NCBI GenBank assembly: GCA_000934665.2
Contig: JYFJ02002271.1
Location: forward strand, 1-60,083
Direction: 5' to 3'
Length of the DNA: 60,083 bases
Source of the DNA: Catajapyx aquilonaris
Lineage: Eukaryota
Below the pieces are notes generated by a model, which saw only the letters and a program-made list of their open reading frames with translations, did not search any database and was not told where the DNA came from. A program made the translations under genes and the position numbers. How positions within the stretch are numbered: the stretch's first letter is position 1; the number at the start of each line of letters is the position of its first letter. Positions 39,801 to 49,155 of the stretch are shown here, one piece after another.

Positions 39801-40621
39801 ATTGTAGTTGGAATTTGCTGTGTTGTTTATTACGTATATGTTTCAAAACTACAGTATAACGCCCTATGCATATTTACCTATGTTGTATACTGTACCAGTT
39901 TCTATAAACTTCAAGCCTTTCTTTTACAGAATGCTTCATGGATTCGACTGCAAAAAATGTTAGTGTTTTTACGGGGCAGGACACCGATGACGAAATGTGC
40001 GCTGTATACATCGGGTATTATCCAGCACAAGCAATGACCTTATGTACTAGCACAGTCAACCATGACGACATGCTGAATATATTGGGAAACTACTTAAAAA
40101 TGTATTCATCTATACATTATAGAGACACTTTTCTACCATAGTTTCATATTTATTTCATTTATTTTACTTGCATTATTTTTATACTTGAATTTTGAGAACT
40201 GAAATAAGTTTCTTCTCAGGGATTCAAATTTGCCAGGATCATCTAAAGAGAACCATGTAAGTGAACACTTGGCAACAATTGACTCTCAAAACTGGGAGGG
40301 ACAAGACATGGGGACTCTTCGTAATCTAATTCGCTACGGATCCCAAAGACCTCTTTGCATGGCGAACTCACTGCTGCCATTTATTCCTGTAAGTTCATCT
40401 TACTAAAGAAAGCACCGAACGTTGTCTGATTGTAATAAACAACATGTTCTCATCCACAGGTTACGGATGAATCAACAGGTTACCCGGAGGTCACCGAAGA
40501 ATTCACCCCTCCTGATACATGCACTTTGACCTCTTCTAGTATCACGATGCATCCTGCGAACATTATGTCAATGTTCTTTACCTTATTTGTTCTGATTATC
40601 GTATCTCAAACGATATTTTAA
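33865..40621 (+). CDS. MOXD1-like: MOXD1-like copy E, apparently intact, 10 exons, with a 4-kb intron 3 (34786-38758)
   Basis: Signal peptide METHTAITALLIVSMTLLGQG, DOMON exons 1-3. Exon 4 resumes in phase 0 at 38759 (VVHH), followed by QAHYYNP, HAH and EMC. Last exon 40460-40621 has a hydrophobic tail. Confidence 0.85.
34984..35400 (-). mobile_element. Degenerate mariner transposase fragment
   Basis: Translation VLPHPLHSPGLVPIDCHLFRSMK resembles the mariner motif HPPYSPDLAPSDYHLFRSM, preceded by NAIQP (cf. HDNARPH). Confidence 0.7.
35771..37804 (-). CDS. Divergent intronless ionotropic receptor (variant iGluR chemoreceptor, IR family), 677 aa
   Basis: Signal peptide, S1 lobe NGTWDGITGSL, pre-M1/M1 VIFRPYPLLFWVLFL, M3-like GYKAKLVSFLTYP, S2 region, terminal TM after LTVKKLSGMFNIWLLGL. 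A single-exon structure is typical of divergent arthropod IRs. Confidence 0.88.
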   Translation of the reverse strand: MRPNMGAIACVFVGLVLINLGLGMKTSVVLRDEHQEEDESVALLVREILRREDLEQCTLVVSTDSAFLPSPIQKVMTHHANKYLPALPVLMKSYPHSYEDYPWLTKQEQLLDFTSVPPRLQSRLWSGLSCTLHLIMPKTTGSFAHLLMYTASSVRLLPGEDLFLIHFTSSQSSKEEIRRLMTTPPGSSLRLQAITTTTTTDVSGFLQVSEVCFFCGEGGDHLVQEIGSFTPGRKKGFEHLQQLFRDETKHVNGKVLRLRFYFDIELEEAREKKKMEGEISVSIYDRAALVTEELLGARVEASLQPINSLDPEFQYPNGTWDGITGSLIYNKSDFTPVAFLTEDTFAIFSATYVHFYGHGTFLTRKPKGVVSWGVIFRPYPLLFWVLFLASLILLSIATHYLSRCNRTDKSHLSLPKSAGYVIRYIIEQPMDLTSTHFSIFHAFFFFLFATVIIVGYKAKLVSFLTYPPKEFVPATLNEFLDYNWEAEVTMLEFLAIKKFAALANDTFANKWVERMKLGGSIPECLDKVDHENLVCSGVSWMLEREMYRCTSSLGELKVKFCTDKLFPSFTAGSVPRGQVALFRLYNNVIRMYLESDLINRFVEQEQYMNLLRNLKDIRAEEERYAASHVAEEVLTVKKLSGMFNIWLLGLTCAFSIFILECVKCPGSKVKRPYHFLK
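39229..39281. repeat. Short near-perfect hairpin in intron 5 of copy E
   Basis: TTAGGACTCGTTTCCTGAAAGCA-GTGCCAT-TGCTTTCAGGAAACGAGTCCTAA: 23-bp perfect stem. Confidence 0.85.
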
Positions 40622-41901
40622 TGTGGTTCTTGGAATGCGTGACAATACTGATTATACACCGGAGTTATTTGCTCAAAGTGAGCCGGAGTCTTGCAATAAA
40701 CATGCTGCAATAACGAGACTTATATTCGGCACATGATGCTGAGAGTGTGACGCACATAAATCTGAAATGTAGGCACTTTGACTTTCAGCAGCACTGAAAT
40801 ACCTTATTTCAAATTTGCAAGTCAATAATTTCACATATGCGATTGTGTAATTATTCAAATGCGGTTTTTAATAAATTCCATTATTCCAGTGGAGCACTTT
40901 ACGACGTCCTATCGGTACCTAGGCCTGCCTATACCAGTGTGGGCACACTTTATCTACTGGGGGACCCAGACAGAAACTCACAAGCTTGCATGTCATAATG
41001 CTCTGTGTCAGTGTCTATGACGCAAATACTGTAGGCAGCCATCTGGCACAGGCTTTGAGGCTTGAAACAATGCAATGCAATGGCTTTAATACAATAAAAG
41101 TAAATCTGGAGAGTGAGCGTTGGGATTAATGATCCATCACATAGACCCACAATAATATGCAAAATAACCTCCCAACGAGTTGTCTACCACAAAGTCTACT
41201 TGTACAGTATTGTTTTTAAAGAAGTTGAAAATTGTGATCTAAATTTGGACACAGCAAAAGGAGTTAGTTTTTTCTCCATATGAGGTCCCGGCTTAGATAT
41301 AGTACGGGACAGTGAGCGAGTATTGATAATATTGTATCATTGCATAAAATATTATTGGTATTTATACACATGTTTAAATGTTAGGCCTTTGAATATAGAC
41401 TATTTTCATACTCATAAATATCAGTAATATATTTTTAATAGTAATCACTCTATGTTAATGTTCCTGCCACTTCCACTCAAAAGTTCTTATAGTAGTGTCT
41501 GCAAAACACACTATAATAAGGGATGGAGGATGGAGCAATAATGTAGGCTAATATTTTTGGAGTATACAGTATTATGTCAGAGACACAGTGATAATGAATA
41601 ATATTGTAATGGGATAATAATTATTCATGCGTCAATTACAGTTCATGTGTGTTATATTGCAAGGTATAAAGAGATCCTTTGAAAATTGCAATCACAGCGT
41701 ACAGAATGATTCATTCCTTTTCTAAGATGGCAGTTGATAGTAAATATAATCACATGATCATTTTGTTTTCACCTTTAGTATTTTTGGCTTGACCTTAATG
41801 TACTACGTTGGTAAGACCTGATGATGCAGGCATGCACACGTAGCTTACTGCTATGACGATTACGCCAGACATGATGCATATGGTAAACCATCGAGATCGA
41901 G

Positions 41902-41908
41902 TATAAAA
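41902..41908 (+). promoter_or_regulatory. Candidate TATA box of copy F
   Basis: GTATAAAAG about 110 bp upstream of the ATG at 42012. Confidence 0.5.
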
Positions 41909-42011
41909 GAGTCAAACAATAGCGATAAGAGAGCTCGACTCTGGTGTACTCACGAAAGGTATAGAAATGTAACCAACACCCTGTTCAGGCAGCAACACTT
42001 GTTATCCAACC

Positions 42012-45000
42012 ATGGAACCACCTGCAGCCATCGTGTCTCTCCTCCTCCTCCTTTCCATTGTGTTTGGACAGGGCCAGACATTCCCCGATTCATTCGAGAG
42101 GTCAAAGTGGCTGGACATCCCGAAGGAGTCTTACCTCCTCCGGTGGTCAGTCTCACCCGATGACCAAGAGGTCTACTTTCGAGTGGAAGTGTCCACCCGG
42201 GGATACGTCGGGTTCGGACTGTCCCACCACGGAAGCATGTCCCAGGCGGACATCGTCATCTGAGGGGTATATCCAGACGGATCCAACTACTTCTCGGTGA
42301 GTTCCCGTCCAGAAATACGTACCAGAGAGAGGGGTGCAAAGAGTTTGCAGTCAGTCGTAAGCCAGCTTTAAGTGAGACTAGGTCAAATACATATGTTGTG
42401 TGCATCCTGTGTATTATACGACCAGCACAATCACAATATTTTTCCTATATCCACTGCCCATCATGTATACAGGATCGTCACGGTCCCGACTCTTCGAACG
42501 GATACCCTCCAGAAGACGATCATCAGGACTGGTGGCTGGAATATGCCTCAGAAAACGAGACACACACCACTCTCGGGTTCTGGAGGAAGATGAAGACATG
42601 CGATCCAGAAGACATTGACATGACGGTAAAAGAAGTCTCAATTAAACACCATGAAACACATACGTGGCGTGACATTGCACACTAATAACCATCTCTTACA
42701 TGTAGCTTCAAGGGACAGTGAGGGTGATATACGCCTGGTCAGAAGATGACCCAGAAGATGGGGTGCCTCAGTACCACGGGCCAGAGAACAGAGGAGGAAA
42801 CAACATGCACTTGACTGCAATGGACACGAAGCCCCAATCACTGGACGAGGCAAAACACTGGGACATGCGCTACAATGCATCTATCCCGGACACTGAGTCA
42901 GTCAATTTTTGCAAGGTGTTTCGAGGGCCTGAAATCAAAGGAAAGCATCACTTGATCGGAGTGAGTCGCATATACTTTAGCAATCAAACAAATAGTATTG
43001 ACTATACGTACACTGTAAGCTGCAAAACATTAAAAGAACATCACTGGTGAATCTCCCATGGAGCATAAATTTTTAATACCCTTGTGGTGCTTCTTTGTTG
43101 CTTAAAACCATCACAAGAGCATTAAAAGAGCATTAACAATTTATTGATGCTCCATGGGAGACTCACCAGTGATGCTGTTTTTATGTTTTGCGGTTTACAG
43201 TGTAGGTGACACACTCTTGTGGTATTTTCATTACATCCTGCTGTACAAACACAAACAAAGTTTCGGCCAAACGTATCCTCGCTCTGTGCAGACATAAACA
43301 TTCTAGTAACGTGAAGTATATAATTACGAAGAAAGAAAAATCATGATAATGTGGATGGTTGTAACGTTTTGCCTGAAAAGATTTCCCACACGAGTTCTTT
43401 TATTATCTTTCGCAAGTCTGAACCGTTGCTGCCATCAGACAATGCTGACCTCGTACATCACGCCACCTTGTGCCTCTGCAACTTTCCCAACACTTGGCTG
43501 GGTCAGAAATACGAAGAAATGGACACTGTAGCATGTGCTACTGCGCAACTATTCTGCAAAACAGCCATTACAGGCTACTTGCCTGGGCAAGAGGTAAGAA
43601 ATTACAGCATTTAATAATTGGACACTGCTGTTTATTGTACTTATATCTTTGTCTCAAGCGTTGCTTTGGTGGAGACCCTATTTTGAAATTCCACCCACTC
43701 CCGGGGATCATTCACTGTGACACAATGAGTGCGATAATTATCAGGATAGGAAAGACCGGGAAAGACAGGGGGTTCTCATAAGCCATGCATCTGACAGTAG
43801 GCCTACACATGGAATATAATCATATGCAAGGCATGATGACACCACGTCTTGCCAAGCCTCATATCGCTCTCAGTTATCACAGTGGGTGATCTGGAGAGGG
43901 TTGGACCTTAGACCGTGGGTTGACATACTTTATATTCCTCGGGAGATATAATATTATATAATATTATAACACTGCTTATTACTCTCTGGAAACATAGGGA
44001 CGTTATCTGCCGTCCAACGTGGGATTTCCTTTGCAGCCCGGAGGAAGCCAATATTTTTCAATTCAATTGCATATTAACAATCCACAATTAAAATCAGGAA
44101 GAAACAACTTTGGATTCCGGGTTCATTACACTGATCATCTCAGGTGAGAATATGATTATCACTATTCCCTATACTCTATTCTGATGAAAGTTAAAGTTTA
44201 TTGTCAGCAGAACAAACCACAAACCATTGCATCATGGGAACATAATTATAATTGATCAACTCCCATAGTTTGGTCAGCTGTGGCACAACGCACCCTAATA
44301 ATTCGATTATTAATTCTAATATTAGTTTACTATATATAGTGAGTGCGTGGTTGAACATTGGCACTTTTTTCCCCTTCCACTAGACCAAACGATGCTTCCA
44401 CTGTTTTCATGGGATATCAAGGTCCTTGGTATAATTTGGGTTTACCCACACCTCCCGGTCAGAAGGACTGGGTCATCACGGGTCACTGTCACCACCAATG
44501 CACCGAAAAAGGACTTCGAGAACCTGTGAAAGTATTTGGCGTGTTACTTCATACCCACCCTTTAGGTAATCTGTGCCGTTAGCCTTTTGCATAAAAAGTT
44601 ATTCAGTGACAATATTACTGCTTACTTCCACAGGCAGAACAGTCAAAATACGTCACTTTAGAAACGGAACAGAGTTGCCTTGGATAGCAGTGGACGAGCA
44701 TTACGACTTTTATGCTCAAGATTTTGTGTCATTACCCTCCGAAGTTGAGGTGATGCCTGGAGACCATTTGACTCTAGGTGCACGTATAATGATTAGTGAC
44801 ATATTTAACACGTAGGCCCCTACTCTACAGTTATATAAACCATTTCTGTACTGCCTTTTACAGAATGCACGGTGGATTCGACTGGACAAAATGCGACTGT
44901 ATTAACCGGACCAAATACGGAACAAGTAATGTGTACTGCAGTCATACTCTATTATCCGGCGCAACCAATATCCGTTTGCATCAGTAACTCCGAACCCGAC

Positions 45001-45648
45001 GATCTGCTGAATGTTCTTGCAATTAGCTCGCTGAAAAGGTGATCAACGACAAACCTTCTGATTTATTACACTTTGTGAGGATACTCGAGGGCTTCATTTG
45101 GTATTGTGTCCGAGCCCCATAGCTGGGGGCCATTTATGACCTGTCAATTGCTACTGTTCTCAGACCCCCTCGTGTGTTCTTCCTTCATCCCTATATTCCT
45201 ATTTTCTCGCGTGTGCTGAGTGACACTGCAACAAACACTCATTTTTATTGACAGTGGAGACACTGAGCAATCGAAGAAGCGTGCAATAAAAGAATTCCTG
45301 GCAAAGGCCGACTCCCAGAACTGGACCTCACAGGACACTGCAGAGATGCAGCACCGCTTAAGATATGGAAAGCAACGACCCGTGTGTCTGCAGAAGTCCC
45401 TCTTTCCAGTCATTCCTGTAAGAGTAAAGGCCACTAGAGCAAAGGGTGTTGTAATGCACACCTGTCTTTATCCACAGATAACCGATGAAACCACTGGCTA
45501 TCCGAACATCACCGAGGAATACACCCCTCCTGACGCATGCAGGTCAACGCAGTCTGCGTCCGTGTCTTCCTCCACCATTCTCGTGATGCATCCAAACAAC
45601 ATTATCATGGTGGTGTGTTCGACATTCCTAGTGATTCGTGCACTATAG
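42012..45648 (+). pseudogene. MOXD1-like: MOXD1-like copy F, 10 exons, single premature stop in exon 1
   Basis: GGA (Gly of DIVIGG in the paralogs) reads TGA at 42261-42263. The remaining exons I translated are open, with LVHH, QLHI, HTH and QVMC. Confidence 0.85.
43011..43202. mobile_element. MITE in intron 3 of copy F
   Basis: About 60-bp imperfect TIRs, CACTGTAAGCTGCAAAACAT..CATCACTGGTGAATCTCCCATGGAGCAT and ATGCTCCATGGGAGACTCACCAGTGATG..ATGTTTTGCGGTTTACAGTG, flanked by TA on both sides. Confidence 0.85.
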
Positions 45649-47733
45649 GTGACATAATAAATTAAGTGTAAGTGACGCTAGTAAGAGTATTTTTCTATTT
45701 AATCTTTACAAAAATGGAGGATCTCTTTATAAAACAGTCGTCTTTTATTGACCATCTCCAGTTTTCTTATCTATATACCCTTCCTCCAGATTTGACCTTC
45801 CGGAAATTTCTGCACTTTCCCCACCCCAAAATTCGTCAAGGTCTGTCACGTGTTCCATTTCATTGACCTCGTAATTGTCTCACGGACTTTTTTTTTGGAG
45901 TGTGGTTTTTGACCACTCTCTCGGTTTGTTTCCTGGGCGGAAAATTCCTGCGGCTTGTGGCCAGTGTGTATCCAACACTTGGTGGGGGCTGTTTGGGCTT
46001 TTCTCCTTGGGAGCTCGGTTTGTCCTCACGTGTTGCGTATTGTTTCCGGTAACCTGATGCGTACGGGGTATTTGATACTTGTACGGTTATTGCCGAAGTT
46101 AGTTTTTGGCTGGACAGGTTCTGCCTGTTGCCAAGTGGTGATCAAGTGTGTTGAAATTGTACGCACAGTGCCTCCTTTTTGTCGTATCAGTGCAACTATA
46201 CCGGTTTGTTTCCGGGTTGTGACAATGCTTCTGCTCCAGTTAGTTTCCTGGAACTTCTGCTGTCCTGAAATCAAAGAAGCCAACGACGGCCTTGCTTTGT
46301 ACACGCCGCATCGTATTTTAGGGGCGGGAGCCCCTAAGTAAGACCGTACAACAATTTTCAACCAGGCATTTTTCCTACTTGTTATTACGTTTTTTTTGTT
46401 TCACCCTATAACTCAAATGCCGCTGTAGACAGAGCTTCCAAATTTTGAACACAGATCGCCACCGGCGTGAAATGCATTCCTACCATTTACGGCTAAACGC
46501 AATTCCTTTTCAAAACGCCGCAAAAAATTAAAAACCACTACAAAATACATTTATATATATTTTTTCTGAATAACTATCCGAAATTTGGTTTCTTCATCAA
46601 AGGGCCGAATGCGCAGTAGGATGGTGCGGATTTGTGTTCAAAACCTCGCAGTTCCACCTGCTGCAGGATTTAAGTTATGATTTTTTCACCAATGTTTTTC
46701 CGTCAAATACTGTTCATGATTCCATCACCTAGCAATGTTCAATTCTTATTTACACCTCGCCATATTGTTAGCGAAATGTTACCCTGCTGCTCTGTGGTGA
46801 ACGGATTGTATACTTATTACAGTTGAATACGGATATAACAGCCTCGGTTATAACTACAGACCTTTGGGGCTTTGGTGCAGTTTAGCGCCGCAAAAGTCTT
46901 GCAGGTTTCTGTATATTTCCTGGATCTACGCAATGAGCTGAGTCGAATGTACATTATGACACTATTCGTAGAGCGCGGAAATGCTTGGTTCAAGAGTAAA
47001 TTGAATTATGAAATTACAAGTAATAACAATGAATTAAATGAAAGTAAACAAGTATTCCTTTGATGAAACTGTTCACTTCCATTGTTACGGGAGGCGATTC
47101 TCCGTGGAAATGTGAGAGCTGCCAAGACAACGTGCTGTGCTTAGGCGCTGTGAGACATGCTGAATGATGTAGATTGTAGAGCAATTCCAGCGTTAAGGGA
47201 CGGGACAGTCGCACGCGCAAGTGGGGACAGATCGATGGTTCTGCGATGTAATATACAAGTGATAATGTAATACATATGGCACAGGGAACAAGAAGGATCT
47301 GAACTTTCACCTAGTGTGTTAAATGACCACTTTCAAATGCACACAAGAGGACCAGCAGGGTTATTGTGCGCGTTAGGGACGGGACATAAGTAACACAGCC
47401 TTACAGGAAGGAGTTTACTACAATATGAAATTCCTGCGAATTATATGAGGTTGTGACACTTTCTTACGCAGAGTCAATTGCCAGAACAGTGTTTTCATAT
47501 AACAAATTGACTCACAGAGCAATATATTTTCTCCTGTACCATAAATTTTTTGTAACTACAGTGGCTACCCAGGCTGCCCGGTTGACATTATCGTGGAATT
47601 GCTCTGTAAATAAACTCTCGTTTTTGGTTCGTTGGATATAGGCTAGAACGAGAGTGTAGGAGTTTAATTAATTTAACATCATTCAGGAGCATTCATGGCC
47701 GAGGATATCGGTGCGTATCTGGAATTGGGCAAG

Positions 47734-47855
47734 CCAGGGGTTAACCACTCGACTGTCAAGTGTACACTGGAGTACCAAATTTAAGGAGTACCTAGGAGTA
47801 TCTGTGAGCACCACTGCAGGTGTACACCGGAGTACCGAAATGGTTAACCCCTTGG
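47734..47855. mobile_element. Small TIR element with internal GGAGTACC repeats (second, truncated copy at 52512-52660)
   Basis: Ends CCA(A)GGGGTTAACCA and TGGTTAACCCCTTGG. The body aligns with 52512-52660, where the GAGTACCAA unit is expanded. Confidence 0.7.
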
Positions 47856-48511
47856 GGAAAGCCTTCCTAGAAGTAAAGGAGGGAGGATGGTGTCTTCAGC
47901 TGGGCTATACTGATGCTCGAGGCCTCTTGCGCGACAACAAGTGTTGCCGTAAATGCATCCTAAGCTTTTTTTATTTTATTACGCAAGGCATGCCCCACGC
48001 TGATTGTGTTGGTGTTATCTGTGAGGCGTTGGAGTGACCGCACCTGTACTGTCCGTCTTGTGGCCCTGCCAGGCACCGTACGTCGCCTCTAGGCTCGGCA
48101 ACCCATTGTTGCGGGGAGCCCGTCGCGGCCCGGCCCGTGAGTTTGACACTTCTTCCTCTCGCTGTGACGGTCGCAAATATGGAGGTATCGGCATGAAACT
48201 GGAGTATCTGGACGCGAAAGAGTTGCACTTTGAGATGGTGCGTTTATTTTTCTCCTGGGGCGATATTTGCGGCCGCCGCGGCCAGGTACAGTTTTTGATT
48301 TTGACCCGCAATCACTCCTTTCCATGTCGGTACCAGTGAGATTCGAGCCCATGACCAAGAAGGCTAGAGTAGTAGAAGGTTCCACTCAATGTTAAATCCC
48401 TATTGACAACTTTTTCCGGGGCCCTTGAAGTGGCCCGGGAAGGAGCATAGAGCCATAGAGCTTCCGATGGGAGCGGATGCAGCGCCCCTTGGCATGCCCC
48501 TTGGCAGCGCT

Positions 48512-49155
48512 CCTTGGCATGATGACCTGACCCTGATGCCCCAGAGGCTGCCAAAGTCACACGCGAACTCACCTCCTCCCACATCATCAGTGCTTCCATC
48601 ATCCTTGGCCAAACAGACAGTGTGTTTTAAGCTCAGATTGTTCTACATTCACCACACATACTCGTACATGTATATGTATATGTTCATGCAGATGCTCCAT
48701 TCTAATACCACCTGAGTTTGGTACCATTGTTTTATTTCTGCAGCACATGAGGCACACTACCATATTGTCACTTCAAAAGCCACAAAAGCAGATGCTCCAT
48801 TCTAATACCACCTGAGTTTGGTACCATTGTTTTATTTCTGCAGCACATGAGGCACACTACCATATTGTCACTTCAAAAGCCACTAGCTTTTGAAGTGACA
48901 ATATGGTAGTGTGCCTCATGTGCTACAGAAATAAAACAATGGCGCCAAACTCAGGTGGTATTAGAATGGAGCATCTGCATGAACATATACATATACATGT
49001 ACGAGTATGTGTGGTGAATGTAGAACAATCTGAGCTTAAAACACACTGTCTGTTTGGCCAAGGATGATGGAAGCACTGATGATGTGGGACGTAGGTGAGT
49101 CCGCGTGTGACTTTGGCAGCCTCTGGGGCATCAGGGTCAGGTCATCATGCCAAGG
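48512..49155. repeat. Fold-back inverted duplication (270-bp arm, 5-nt spacer) with a 100-bp tandem duplication in the left arm
   Basis: 48886-49155 is the reverse complement of the left arm. Spacer CACTA at 48881-48885. 48688-48783 is repeated at 48788-48883. Confidence 0.92.

Noticed and set aside
42261..42263. Selenocysteine or programmed readthrough at the in-frame TGA of copy F
   Set aside because: The position is a conserved Gly (GGA) in all paralogs, the context TGA-G is not the leaky TGA-C type, and no SECIS was recognised.
45700..46400. Possible LINE 3' fragment or ORFs downstream of copy F
   Set aside because: Composition suggests a retroelement remnant, but I could not identify a convincing RT or endonuclease motif.
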